The notes beneath the pieces are model-generated. The model saw nothing but the letters and a program-made list of their open reading frames with translations. It did not search any database and was not told the origin of the DNA. A stretch of 64,000 nucleotides of DNA, taken from assembly GCF_018977255.1 (NCBI RefSeq), contig NW_024704742.1, forward strand, positions 48,610,001 through 48,674,000, written 5' to 3'. Each line of letters opens with the position of its first letter. Positions within the stretch are counted from its first letter, which is position 1. Shown piece after piece: positions 38,938 to 52,567 of this stretch. Position numbers and translations under genes: made by a program. Source of the DNA: Callorhinchus milii. Lineage: Eukaryota.

Positions 38938-41900
38938 ATGGAGTGGAAGGCAATGGAAATCAACCCCGAGGTAATGTGGCTGCTCTGCTCGTGCACTGCA
39001 CGGCTCAGCGCTGTGTGTGATGTTTGCTGCCTTTTGCACCAGTGTTCACACGTCCTGATCCTCTTTGCTTTTCTTCTGTTTCAGATGCTGAACAAAGTAA
39101 GTGCGCAACGCCTGTCACCCCCGTCCACCCTCGGTGTCCGCGAGCCTTTCTGCCTTCGTTGCATCGTTCATTTTTACACAAAAAAAATGTAGGGTTTTAA
39201 CCCCCAAATCTGTTGCTGCAGTTTGGGATGTGTTTTAAGCCTTTAAGCCCTGTTATTAGGGTGTGGTCATTACTGGAGTTCTCTGTGTCGAATTATGAAT
39301 GGATCAATAAATGCATTACATTGCTGTGTGGAATTAATGGGGGGAAATGCAGTATATATTTTTTTGTGTAAATCCAATGTGTTGCATATAACTGAATGTG
39401 CCTTTACTGCACCAGTGCATGACTCGACTGGGCGTGGCAGCGAGCTGGAAGTTCGTGGATGTTTTGGGGCTGGAGACTGAATCCCTCTCCATGGTGCCTT
39501 CCCCAGTCTGCGCTTTGTTGCTGCTGTTTCCTCTCAGTCAACAGGTAGGGCGCTGTCCAACGTGTTTCCATACAAGAAAAAAAAAAGCTCTCTCATCACT
39601 CATGTTAATGCAATAATAATGACACTTCTTTTGTTCCCACTTGGTACTGAGGGTTAAGGGACCTCAATGGATAACTTTCCCCATCCAGTTGTTTCTTCAG
39701 TCTTTGCGTATTCAACTGTAAGCAATTCTAGGTGGTTTTTTTTTTCAAATGAAGCTGTAAACTGACTTCAATTGAAACTGGCTTTGCCACGGTTATTTCG
39801 TATTACTGTATTATGAGCCATCTTATTATTAATTATTATTATTGCAATGCTGCAAGAGGTGACAAATGGCCCACAGTGTCTCCTGCTATTGTTGGGCTTT
39901 CCTTTTCACGGTCTGATTTTATTCTTATTTTGGGGAGGGTTGTAAATCTGGGATTGTTAACCAGAGGTAACAGAAGTAGGAGATGAGTGTCAGCTGGAAG
40001 CTGGAATACTGTATTTGCCTAACTATATTGGCAGAATCCCATCTCACTAAAGGGTCCTAGCGGTGAGATTGAATTTCTAGTTGACTATTAACACGGATGA
40101 CAGTGCATGTTTCCTCTCAATTGCATGACTTTGAACTCATCTAACAATTCTTCAGAAGGGTCTAGCAATTCAAGATGGATCTACTGCATTCTAATTTCCC
40201 GTCTTGAATAAAGGCTAGTATCAAAACTTAATTTGTGGCTCTATCTTTCAATTTGCAACTATTTTACACTAATGCCTTTACATGGGACATTGTCCCATGG
40301 ATTTATCATCAATTGCACTTTGGTGCTTCGCATAATTTGGCAAATGTGGCTGCTATTCTGTGCAGCAATATTATGCACCAATTATCTCTATTGGTGAATT
40401 TGGATGAGGAGTGAGTATTGTCTACAANTTTTTTTAGCTGATCACTAGAGCAGGCAGATGGAAACTTTTTAATATCATCTGGAGCTGGTACCTCCAGCAA
40501 TATAGCGCTGCATTGGCTTAAATTTAAAACTCAAGTCTTGGTGTTTGTAAACTTCTGACCTTGACGTGAGAAGGATCCATTAGAGCTATAGATGAACTGG
40601 GGACATTCCCTTGATCGTGAACCACGCCTGACATGTAAAATGTGTTGTTGTTACTACAGGAATATGTGCTGAACCAATAAAAATGAGATGCCTAAAATCA
40701 GCCATCTCTCCGATTATGTTGTGGAGATGCTGTAACTGGCAATAAATTTAAAGAATCTAAAGTTTATTTGGTTCATAAACATGATGTGCTCAGATGCATT
40801 TTAGTGTCTCCACTGCATTGCAGATCCTCAGGATCTTTGCTCTGGACTGCATTCATATTGAGTCTGTCTTAAATGTGTATTCAAATGATACCTCTGGCTG
40901 ACCTAACTATACTTAGCTATTGATTATGTAATTCAGTATTGTATTTCAGTAGAGCTGCCTCTACATCTTTTTGTATGTATCTTTTAAGAAGACTGGTTAT
41001 TACAGTGAAACCATGTTATGGTTTATCACCTGAATGATTGGGGTGTGGCCACTGACATTTAATTACAAAAAAACACACATGCTTCTCACATGCTAAGTGA
41101 CTTCTGGGTTCCCACTGATATCAGTAGTTCCATGAAGCAACTGACCATTTTACCCGCTTCATAATGCTGATTGATATTTTATGTCCCCACAACTATTATA
41201 ACTGTTTCATTGTACCGTATATATTCTAATTCACAGCCTCTTGTACACTATTTAAGAAAGCCTTCTCTTAAGTGCTAGGAGACTAGAAGCTTCCCAATGA
41301 GCTTTCCTATTAAATAGGATAGATTCTTTGGCTTGCCTTAATCTTAGCTTGTGCAGGCTGTTTATTCCAGATACCAAAGCATGGGAATAACATAGAAAGT
41401 AATCTGAAAGCAGCTGATCAGAAGGAAATCGTTTTTGGGGGAAACTAGCAAGCTAGTTATAAAATTCCCTTGTTTAGGGAATTTTTTTACGTATCTTGAT
41501 TTGGTAAATGGGAGAATAATGTTGATCTGTATCTTTGAAAAATCATCCTTCTCAACAGCATGAGTCTTTCAGAGGAACCCAAACCTCAGAACTGACTGGG
41601 AAAGGTATTGACTCTAAAATCTACTTCTTGAGGCAAACCATCTCGAACTCCTGTGGCACTGTGGGACTCGTCCATACTATTGCCAATAATCAGGATAAAT
41701 TTACATTTGGTAAGTACTGATCAAGGCTAATAGCAACCTGTTAACACTTAATAGCTTTTGTATGTGTAATTCTAATTATTTTTGCTGGTAGCTTTGACTA
41801 GTTTATTAACCTCTGCCTAGGAACAAGTGCCACTACCTGCTGTTTAGTAGCAATGCTATGCAAGTTCAAATTAATATGTGACGGGAGGTGTTGACAATTA

Positions 41901-44900
41901 ACGGTAATTTATTTAACTATTGGTTAGAATGATGAGTGATAGTTATTTTCAAATGAGAAAATGGCTTGCTAACTATATAGAGGGACTCATTTCTCCATCT
42001 CTGGTTCTGCTTCAGTGAAGATTTCCCTCATGCTGACTCATGCTGCAGTTTGACTCCATGGACGCAGTCTGCTGTTTTGACATGAATGTTAGCAAGGCCT
42101 TGCCTTTGTAGATATTTTCCAGCAGGGGTATTGGCAATTGAAAATCTTTCTGTTGTACAAAATAAAATCTGGTAACTTAAATATATATATTTTTTTGTCC
42201 CCTCCTGTGCCTTGGGACGTCCTCCTGACATGAAAAGCTCCATACAAATGTAATTTATTGTTGTTGCTGCCAGGCTATTGAGGGAGCTGAAAGGTAAAAT
42301 TAGCTTTCAGCAGCAGCTAAATAAATAATTGTACCACTCTGCTATTCTCTTAAGTTTGTTGCAATTATGATGGAATATTTCCAGTCACTTGGTTCCTTGT
42401 GGATATGCTGAGAGATAAATTAGAATGTTTTCCCCCTGTTAGACAGATGAAGGATGATGTAGCTGAATGGGGTAGAGTTAACCCACAAGATAATTCTTGG
42501 ATACATCTATAGAATGGGCTATTTGGTTAAGTCGGGGCTCAGATTTTGAAAGGCAGTTTTAGGGACCAACACTGGAATTTTTGTCTAAATATAGGGTTAA
42601 CAGTTGGAGCTGAATAATCCTTACATCTGCACCAGGATGCTAGTAAGAGTGGCCGGTCAGGATTTCAAACTTGAATAAAAACCAAGCTGTAATGGGAAGA
42701 TGGAAGGGTGGGAATTCTGAATGGATTAGATTGACTGACGGTCTGAAAGGCCTTCATGCCTCAAACTAACTTTGAGACTGTTCTGTAGTGGAAGGCTCAA
42801 CCCTGAAGAAGTTCCTGACTGAAACTGCAGATCTGTCAGCAGAGGAACGTGCCAAACATCTGGAACAAAATAAGGTGAGAAGCTCTTGATTACTGATCAA
42901 GGTATTGATGTGTTATTTAAAGAAATAAAAAAAAATCACTCAGGAGTTCTTTTTTTAATAGGATATTCATTCAGCGCATGATGCCACTGCAGAGGAGGGC
43001 CACTGTCGGGTAAGCTTGTTTTACAGTAGCTATGGTTGCTGAAGTCCCTTGCCTAAATTATGCTTCTTTTAGTAATTACAGAAATTGTCAACAACAACTT
43101 AATTTCATCCCACTCCTGGTAAACTGTGAAAAACTCTTGGAAAAATGCAATAATCACTTAAATGACTAAGTCAGATGCACTGACTCCATCTAGCTAACCA
43201 CATATACACTATTAAGTAAAGGCTTGGGATCACCATTTTCCTTGTATCATATTCACTTGTAACTTGTATTTTTTTGAGCACTAGTAGTGTTATTTTTAAT
43301 TCAACAATCTGACTGGGTGAGTAATGGGTCTTTGGCAAAGCTTTTAATCACAGAAGAACATCCTGTCTATTCTAACTTTCTTCACAGATACATGAAGATG
43401 GTACAAACTTCCATTTCATCGCTTTTGTTGATGTGGACGGACACTTGTATGAACTGGGTGAGCATCTTTGTCTGAATTTCACTTTTGGAGGAAGTGTCTG
43501 GAAACCTTGTGGGTTGATTTCTGATTTCAGTATTGCAGAGAGCAGCTGTATCTAACGCTCCAAAACTAAAAGGGAATCTTAAATTGGCGTCCTAGATATG
43601 TAATGCATATTAAATGTATTCAGTTTGCTATTGTGAACCACAGAGGAAAGTTGATTCTTTACAATACACTTTCTTATAGATGGAAGAATGCCATTCCCCA
43701 TTGACCATGGTGAAACATCAAAGGACACACTGTTGCAGGTTTGTTTTGAAGCTATAAATTCAATTTCCTATTTGTGTTAAAATAGGAAGGGAAAAGAGAA
43801 ACATTCAGTTGGGCAGTATTTAACTTAAGTATTTAACAGTGCTAACTTGCAGTTGATGCCTGAAGAATGACTTGTGTGACTTTCTATGAACAAATGTGAT
43901 CCTTTAACCATTCATTTACTGGGCCAGCTCTATAGCAGTTACATTTCATGAAGTACTAAGTCATTAAAATATTCATGTACTTCCTTTTCCATTGTCAATG
44001 CAAAAAATCATTTGCAGCATTTCTTGAAATTTGTACCAGGTGAAAGACATTCTTTGAAAATGTGTCACTAGGTATTGAGGGCTGGATATTCAATTCATTC
44101 ATGCAAAGGGTAATTAGGGAAGCCTGGTCACAAGGAAGAGATACAAGTATTCCATTTCCCCCAAAGTCCTACTTTGCTCTAGTCATACCATGTACAGTTG
44201 CTTTCTGCAACAACAAGATGCTTAGGCCTTAGAAGTGTAGAGAAGAATGAGGGTGATTGTTCTCTCTTTTTCCCCACCCCATATTGGAAACCATCTATGT
44301 AAGCAAGTAGACCGTCTAATGCTTTTTAACTTTAAAGTGACAATTCAGATCTTGTAAACTCATGAGGATTAAATTAAGTTGAGAAAGTGAACTTGAAACA
44401 ATACTTTTGGATGCACCAAGACAGACGGTTTAGGGTTACAAAGGATAAGTATTTCCTCAGGATAATTAACAACTAGATCAAGTTATCAGGAAGAGTGATT
44501 GAGGTCATCATGCTGCAATAAAATGCTGGTAGCTATTCTGAAAGGGGGAGATCAAATGGGCTGAAGGACCTTCATCCAAATCTCTTATGAGTATTCTCAT
44601 TTTAAAATGAATGCTGACGATTAGTGCAAGTTTTCTGTGAGTGCTGGAAGGCTTTTGACAGCAAAGTCAAATCCTGTGTGTAGTTTGGCAGATCACGGTT
44701 GGCCTTATGCAAGAACATTCTCTTCCAGTTTGGAACACTGGTTCACTTTTTAAAACCACACCTAGTACCCCAGTTTTTTTTCTTCTTGTAGTTTACTACT
44801 ATTGAGGCTGTTGGGAGCAATCTCTAATCTAATAGAAAAATGCTGAAAATTGGCTTGACTTCTAGCATTGTCAAACTTTGTGCCCTATTCCTGCTGAATG

Positions 44901-45024
44901 CCCTTGGTGTATAACTATTGGATTGTTGCCCTCTCTACAGGATTCTGCCAAGATCTGCCGACAGTTTATGGAACGTGATCAAGAAGAAGTCCGTTTTACT
45001 GCTGTGGCACTCAGCAAAGCCTAA
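38938..45024 (+). CDS. UCHL1: Ubiquitin C-terminal hydrolase L1, 223 aa; join(38938-38970,39085-39096,39416-39544,41559-41709,42789-42874,42962-43009,43388-43457,43680-43738,44941-45024)
   Basis: Translation [22 protein letters not shown]...[15 protein letters not shown]...[15 protein letters not shown]...|...|DIHSAHD...EGHCR|...[24 protein letters not shown]...|[27 protein letters not shown]. Exons of 33,12,129,151,86,48,70,59,84 nt sum to 672 nt, all with GT-AG boundaries and consistent phases. The MEINPE N-terminus and the LIMCH1 neighbour favour UCHL1 over UCHL3. Confidence 0.97.
42200..42268 (+). mobile_element. Short L2 3' tail in UCHL1 intron 4
   Basis: GCCTTGGGACGTCCTCCTGACATGAAAAG...TTGTTGTTG. 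Confidence 0.75.
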
Positions 45025-45516
45025 AAGCAACATGGAACTGTATCAAAGCTGCATGAGTCAGAGCACAGTACCACAACTCTCAGCTTAGGTGGTGTTCTAA
45101 AGCTTTCCCAATGATTTGCTGAAATAGTTTTTCATTTTTGTATGATGCACTTTGATGTGGGACATACACTGCCTTTACACTAGTATTTCTGCACATAAGA
45201 CTCAAATATCTAGGTAGCAACATTTGTGTGCAGGATTGGGTGTGCTGTAGAGTTAGTAATGTAAAGGTTCTTGAGAAATGTGTTCCATGAATATCCACTG
45301 TAGTGCAACTGTCTGCATCCTAGTAACACCACAGCTAGGCCAAAGGTGACTTTTTTTCCTTTTTGCTCGAACAAGGGGAACAAAACTGAAGAAGTGTACT
45401 AGAAAATATGATAGATTTGCAGGGCTTTGTTGGAAGCTTCTATTTGCGATCGACTCCACATTGTGCCTATCTTTTTACAGCTTTTCTGTAATGAGTAGTT
45501 GCTGTAATGTTTAAAA

Positions 45517-45522
45517 AATAAA
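45517..45522 (+). terminator. Probable UCHL1 polyadenylation signal
   Basis: First AATAAA seen after the stop codon (~490 nt downstream), followed by T/GT-rich sequence. Confidence 0.7.
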
Positions 45523-48069
45523 ACTTGGTTGAAACAACTTCAAAAATGTTTTGGTTCATTGCCTCATACATGCTGCATGAAGTGAACTACCAAATTATCT
45601 AAAACTTCATGCAGTAAAACATTCTGCATAGGCCTAAAAAATTCATGTAGGTGAGTTGGTCTAGTTTATTATTATTATGCAAGTAATTCCAAAGAACCTG
45701 TCTTTCAGGCAAGATGTCTTACCATGTTTATTCTTTGAAGGCTAACCATACACTGAATGCAATTTCCTTAACCTTTGAGACAATGATGGCATGATACAAA
45801 TTACACTTGTACAGTATTTTTCATTGTTGGTAGGACATCTCCAAGTGCCTGACAATGCTGGGGGAAAGATGACAATGTACAGTAAGAGACTGAGGTGAGC
45901 TTAGGGAGTGGAAAGTGAGAGGTCAAGTCTGAAGGACTCCAGAACTGAGTTTTGCTCAGATAGTTTTCTCTGAAAAACTGCCACATCATTTTCAGACTTC
46001 TACAGGCTTATACTATTGCATCCTCTCTCAATTCATACGCTGTCTGTGTCCTCCATAGCTTCTACTTAATTCTTGGCTTTGTCTAGCTAAGGATGTCACA
46101 TCCTTATACCTCCTGGTACTCTGCTTGCCACAGTAATAAATACTTAATGCTTCAGTAGTGCCAGTATCAAAATTAGCACAGGCAAAGATCCTCATATTCT
46201 CCAAAGGATAACTTGTATTCATTTATTCATAGGCTTTAAAGTATCTTAATCTGTTTACAAACCGAAATATCCAAGCTTGCTCTCTAGTGTATTGTAGCTA
46301 CATAAAAATTGTGCACGTGACTTCTATATCATTAAAGATTATATCCCTGGTGTGCCTATACCTGCAAGAGATGAGTTAAGATAGTGTCTCTCCAGGCCCC
46401 AAGGTTTCAGATATCAGAATTTGCTGTCTAATTTCCAATGAAGGTTTTTAATTTGTTGAGATGGCAGTAAGCCCTAAACTATGCCATCAATAAAATCAAT
46501 GGGAAGCACAGTAAAATATGAATGGATGTTGCCAATTTACCAAAAACAAGACAACCCAAAGTGTCTAATGTCCACATCAACTCAAAATTTCAATTCTGTT
46601 CCAACTCCCATCCCTTTGTCTGGGACACAGAAATTGTCAGCCTCAATTAATGTTGTCTTTCTATCTAGTGGATAGACTGGATTAGCTTCCCTGCTGCAAT
46701 GATGAGGCAGGTCATTACTGAATGCTACACAGAGGCTGGAATAATTCCCCATAGACAAATGCATTCATATGACTCCCAAATTTGGCTCCATTTCTGCTGT
46801 GATAACTAACCACTATTATACTGTTTATCTATCCACTCTGAAAGCCAACCATGACAACAAACCATTAACTATTGCTAAAGTTCCAACAGTACACATCTGC
46901 TTACTTTGTGTTTGCTTCATTGTACAGGGGAATCCACAAAGTCCTGTTACCCCACAGTATGTATTTTTTCTACAATGCACTGACCAACAACTGAAACGTG
47001 TGGAAGAATGATAATATTTATATTTAGAAGTATTTGATTGTATTTAATACAAGTGTTTAACTATATTTAGACATCCAGGGGATCAGTGTGAGTACCATAA
47101 TTTTCATGGAAGATAATGATCCATTTCCATGATTAGTCCGACATCTTCCATAACATGATGGAGCGATGAGCCGAAATGCATCTCTGACAGTTTGTTTCAG
47201 TTCCTCCGTAGTCTCGTATCGCTATTTTGTAATGGATGAAGAGGACTTTCTGGACACACTATACAAAGAGTGTATGTAAGCAATGAAGATATTAAATGAA
47301 GTCTCTGCCAGTGCTGTCTTATATTCTGCTGCTAGGATTTGTTTGAGGATATTGAAAGTAAGCCCACCCCCCAACACACACACACATTCTCTCTGGTCTT
47401 TGTGGGTGCTTCTTTAAGATATAATGGCTGAGATCAGACCAACACCACAGACTAAAAGTTGCACCTTAAAAATGATGGTAAATTTGTTCTGATCAATTGT
47501 AACAGATTGAAGGGAGCATCATTTGACACCTGACTCGTAATATACCATACCAGGATATGCCATGCTGATGTGGCACTTTACAAGAGTCTTAAGAGAAGTT
47601 TGGATGAAAACCATTCAGTCCATTTTTGTACTCATTCTTCCAGAATATCCATCCAACCAGTTTACCATTACAGCATCAAACTACATCTTAAAAGTAAGAC
47701 CAGGCTCCTGTATCTCAATCTTCTTTCCTGGAAACATGTTAAAGATTTTAATTTAGTTCTGCATAAAGAAATAGATGCTCTCTATCTTAAAATTGCCCTT
47801 TACAACCTTGAATCTTTGCCCTCTTATCCTGTTGCCTTGAAATATCTCATTTAACAGTTTCTATTCTCTATAAGGTCTCTTTTGCACCATCTTTTTCACA
47901 AATGAGTTGACTGGAACTATTAAGAAATTTGTTTTAATTTACCCTTTTACCAGCAGTAGTATAGTAACAGCAACATTGACCATATAAAATATTAAAGTAG
48001 TATTAAGAAAATTGTAACTAATGGATAATAATAATCCCAAGTTGTTATGGCAATACTTACATAATAATC

Positions 48070-48470
48070 GGGTACCTGCCTGGATCTGCTGGTACCACTT
48101 TTACCTCTGAGTTGAAGGTCATGGGATCAAGCCCCACATCGAGAGTGGGCTCATAGTCTAGATTGAAACTTCAATACCATGCAATGTCAGAGGTGTCGTC
48201 CTTCGGATAAGACATTAAACTAAGGTCCCATCTGCCTGTTCAGGTGGATATTAAAAATCCCATGATACTCTTCGAAACAGAAGGGAATTTTTGCTGGTGT
48301 CCTGGCCAAGAATCCTGCAGAAAAAAATGGTCATTTCAAGGCTGTTTGTGTGACATTGCCGTGTGCAAGTTGGTTGCTGTAAACTGTTGAATTAGACTTT
48401 ACCAAAAATTCTGTAGTGCTTTGAGATGTGGTCTTGATGTGCAAAGGTGCTATATCAAATGTAAGGAATG
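48070..48470 (+). mobile_element. Old Deu-type SINE
   Basis: GCAATGTCAGAGGTGTCGTCCTTCGGATAAGACATTAAAC...TTCAGGTGGATATTAAAAATCCCATG; tail AAAGGTGCTATATCAAATG. Confidence 0.7.
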
Positions 48471-51039
48471 CTATTCAGCAATAACCTTTGACAGTTGCAT
48501 TCTGAACTGGCCAGCAGATGGAGCAGAGGGATCATAAATATCAGTGCATTCTGGGACTTGTATTCTTGCAATCAAGTTTATGTTTTTCTGTATTAATCTA
48601 AAGGTATCATGACACCTCTTGTACTCATGTCTTTGCATATGGTCTACACAACTTGCCAATTGGATGGCCAAAGATATAGTTGCAAAGAGACAATTAAGCG
48701 ATAACAAACAGCATTCCTTTGTGAAGAGCATTTGAATAAATCACAAATAAAACTGTCTTGATATCAGGGATGAGATACATTTTTGGTCAACTAGATGTTG
48801 CAGTATGTTAGCATGATGACCTTGCATTCTGTTCAGCTCTACTGCAGACTGATAGGATAAATGGATAAAAACAAGGGTCCTGTGTGAAATAAGCTTGAAT
48901 TATCTTAATCTTCCCTTGGAGGAATACCGACAAGTACTTTTCATCTTTAAAAAATGAATGTAAAAGCAAATATTTTGATGGATGATGTAAAATTACCCAT
49001 TGCAATGTAATATAAGAATGTGGAACACTGAGGGAAGCAAAGATGTTTCCTCTTGGAGGCTCATCTTACTGGAATTCCTTCAAAATGGCCTGTGGTGAGA
49101 GGATCTTAACATTGTGCTACCTTAACATTGCATGACTAGAATGTAGGCGCTAGACTGGTTGAGAACAGATATGTTGTTGTGTAGAATTACCTTAAAGGGA
49201 TGGCCGAGCACATTTGATAACCAGACACAGCCCTATCGTCTGATAGAAGCTGTAAGTACCTGGGGTGAGAGACAGATCCTTCAAAACAGTTAAACATTTT
49301 AAATGCTAGGTAAAGACTACCTCATGGTATGACAGGATACCTGTTTGGATCAGGACAGACACCAGGAAGATTTTATTTACCCAGAGGGAACTATGCCAAA
49401 TACAAGGATTATTACTATTATTATAAACATGACACATCTAACGGCATCTATACAAATTCTCCTGCCAGAGGAACTTCCACACGTGTTCAAAATAGTAAAT
49501 ATCTACATGTCCAACAGCAGTGTTTTGCTGGATTCAGGACAGTATTTATCATTCTTTACTTTACATGACAGATGATCTGGTGCGGTGTTTCATTCACATA
49601 GGAAGAGACCGTGTGTTTTGTGTATCATTCATTTACCTGCAGGGGGTAGTGTTTCCTCAGACACTGAGAAGGGTTGTTTCCAGGGAAACAAGGAAGCCGT
49701 GAGATATCTGCATTCATCTGACTGACACCGGTTTAACGTTATGAACATTTACTGTAAAATGAAGCTAGTAATGTCCATTTGTGGCAGAATTAGGGTCATC
49801 ATTTGTTTAGCGTTTTTGGTTTTGGGATGTGGAGCAGTTGAGCAACAAATCATTGAGTGTTTAAATAATATGTTATTTTTATTTACTAAATGTTAACTAC
49901 AATCTGCATCTTTGGAAAATTCCCATATTATCACAGAGGAAAAAACAATGGACACACAATCACCAAGTTTATCTGCAAACCCCCTTTAATATTACAATGT
50001 AATGCACATTGATACAAATCTCTCAGTGATATCAGGAGCCACCACTTTGGTTTTGCTTTAACTAATACCACTGTGAAAACATTATGTGAAAACAAACGCT
50101 GTGAAAATCATATTAAAGATTAATGTTGTGAAAAGGGATGTGCTGCATTATATAATCGCTATCAGTTTGATAAGGTTGCTGTAGACATACTAGCCACATT
50201 GACAAGCAGATGCATGTAGCTATGGATTTCAGCAATCCAGCAAGTCTTTAAATAATTGCAAGTGATATTGAACAGATTATCAAACAAAGCTTTGCACTTT
50301 ATTATTGTATTGTACATATAAACTTTCCTTCAAATCTATTTAACTATCGCCGTGTCTTATGTGGCAACATTTGAAGAACGTGGAAATATCACACAAGTCC
50401 TTTCCGAGGGGCAATAAATAGACAGCTGGGGTTCTCAACTACAAGGTCCCACCTTAAAACTGACTTAAGCTTCTTACATTTGTATTATTTTTCTTGCAAC
50501 CTCCCCCCCACCCCCCAACAGACACACAATCTTCTGGGGTAAACAACAACATCTCAAGAGTTTAACTCAGTTCATCTCATTCAGGAAGTAACCATTCTGT
50601 ATTTTATGTGTTCATCAGCAAAAAATACCCTGACTCATTGCTGGCCAAAAATAATATTGCCAGAAGCAGAAAGATGCATATGGCATCTGATTGTAAAAAT
50701 GTAGGGTGAGGCTGTGAACATTAGTTTTAATTTACAGAATCTTGTTAGGTCGGTTTGACCCGATTTGATGGCAGATCTGAACCGACGTGAAAGGTACTAT
50801 ACACACGCAATTTGTGCTATAGACTCGTCTAATTTTCGCCCATAAAACTCCACTTCACCGCATATTCTGTGAAGCGCTTTGAGACGCCTCGAAGACGCGA
50901 CAAGGCGCTGTATCAAGCGCAAAGGTTATCATTATTATAAATACGCTACACAAAATGTGGTTGTGCAGTTATTGGGTTTGTTTTGCAATGGTTTTTAACC
51001 CCTCACTGGATGGCTTGATGGTGCTGAATCCAGAGCAAC

Positions 51040-51472
51040 ACACTGGCATCGGCGGCGCTGGCTGGAGGAGGAGGAGGAGGAGGTGGTGGTGGTGGTGGCT
51101 GGATCCGCAATTTGCATTGACTAATCCGCTCTACATTCGCGTGGTTTATTTTTAGCGCTGGTTCATTGCAGTGCAGGGAGGCAGGCGAGCTGAGCTGAGC
51201 CGCGCCTCCAGTCACATACATCCCCAGCGCTGCTCAGCCACTGCACTGAACCAAAGGTGCTGATAGTGGGGTGGGGTGGGGTGGGGGGGGGGGGGGTGAC
51301 TTACACAACAATCCTAGCAACCGACCCTCACCCCCCTTTTTTGCAGACACAGTGAGTGGGTGGGTGGGGAGAGAGAGAGAGAGAGAGAGAGCAAACACTG
51401 CACCTTCCTTGGTCTCTGTCTCTGTCTGTCTCTCTGTAATTCGGTCAGTGGCTGAGCAGCGCAGGGGAGGAA
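51040..51472 (+). promoter_or_regulatory. GC/CpG-enriched promoter and 5'UTR region of LIMCH1, with (GGA)n(GGT)n, a G-run and (GA)n
   Basis: Local CpG enrichment directly upstream of coding exon 1; the transcription start is not determinable. Confidence 0.55.
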
Positions 51473-51568
51473 ATGGCCAGTCCCAGCGTTAAAGACATGT
51501 CGTGGGGACATCAACACCAAGACTCCAGCCCTGCTCCAGCATTCACAGAGGCTCACACATGGATAGAA
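51473..51568 (+). CDS. LIMCH1: LIM and calponin homology domains 1, first coding exon (MASPSVKDMSWGHQHQDSSPAPAFTEAHTWIE); gene continues beyond the window
   Basis: GAAATGG start context, 96-nt phase-0 exon, GTAAGT donor. PAFTEAHTWIE resembles mammalian PAFSEAQKWIE at the start of the CH domain. Located downstream of UCHL1 as in other vertebrates. No exon 2 was recognised in the window. Confidence 0.88.
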
Positions 51569-52346
51569 GTAAGTTGATCATGTTTTTTTTTTCCCCTCTC
51601 TCCTCTCCTCCACCCTCCCTCCCTCCCTCCCTCCCTCCATCCCTCCCTCCATCCCTCTCTCCTCTCTCTCTCACACATAAGCGAAATAAAGTCCAGGAGT
51701 GTGTTGTTTGCTGTGAACTGTGTGTGTGTGTGTGTGTACAGAATGAGCTGTGCTGCACTGGCTGCTGGTGTCCTGGGGAAGGGATTCGGTAGTTTGTGGT
51801 GCAATTAGCATTTTTTTTGTGAAAAGAAAACTGACAATCTCGAATAATCAGCACATTCATTGTGTAACGGAAGCCTTTGCTAAAAGTTACCTGCACTGTG
51901 GATAGCAAACTGCTTAGTTACTGCAATTTATTGCAGCTATTTCTGAACATGTATATGGTGGGATTTAAATGATATTTCTGGGTGTTACGCACTGTTTCCA
52001 CCAATCTGTCAGCAGAGGATAAACTAAATTGGGCTGTTTTCAGTTGCCAGGGAATAAACTAGTCACTTTTTTTTTGTTAAAGTCGACCAGGCCAATGTTA
52101 CAGGCGCTGGAGTTTAAACACCCTCCATCCATGCAAGAATATTAGCACTTCCCTGATATGTAGTGAACTTGAAACGCCTCCTGAAATAACGTTGCTGCCA
52201 ACTGAGGTGAGAAATACATTGCTAATGATGGCAAAGCCAGTGCTGCAGCCAGTCAGGACTGCTGAGGGAGCTGGAGGTACCTGCAGGATCAATGGATGTT
52301 TAGTGCACAGAGCACATTAGGAAATTAAGGACGAGTTAGCTTTATG

Positions 52347-52567
52347 ATAATAATAATAATAATTCTTGCATTTCATATAGCGCCTTATCGCGTCGTTGAA
52401 AAGTCTCAAAGCGCTTCACAGAATATACTGTAAAGTGAATTGACTGTATATTTTGTGGGCGTAACGCGGCAGCCAATTGCACACAGCAGTGTCCCAGTCG
52501 TGGATTGAGTGACCAATTTTTGGAGGGTTTATTACCCCCGGAAAGAGATCCGCCAATTGACTAACAA
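52347..52567 (-). mobile_element. SINE subfamily B, head truncated
   Basis: (TAA)n, CTTGCATTTCATATAGCGCCTTATCGCGTCG..., TTACCCCCGGAAAGAGATCCGCCAATTGACTAAC. Confidence 0.85.

Noticed and set aside
40428..40428. Single N in UCHL1 intron 3
   Set aside because: Ambiguous base call, not biological.
47110..47190. TGATG/CTGA and GATGAGCCGAAA motifs suggesting a snoRNA or ribozyme
   Set aside because: Boxes are incomplete and no supporting stems are present.
51015..51263. Two GGTGCTGA RE1 half-sites near the LIMCH1 promoter
   Set aside because: The partner half-site (CTGTCC) is missing at the canonical spacing.
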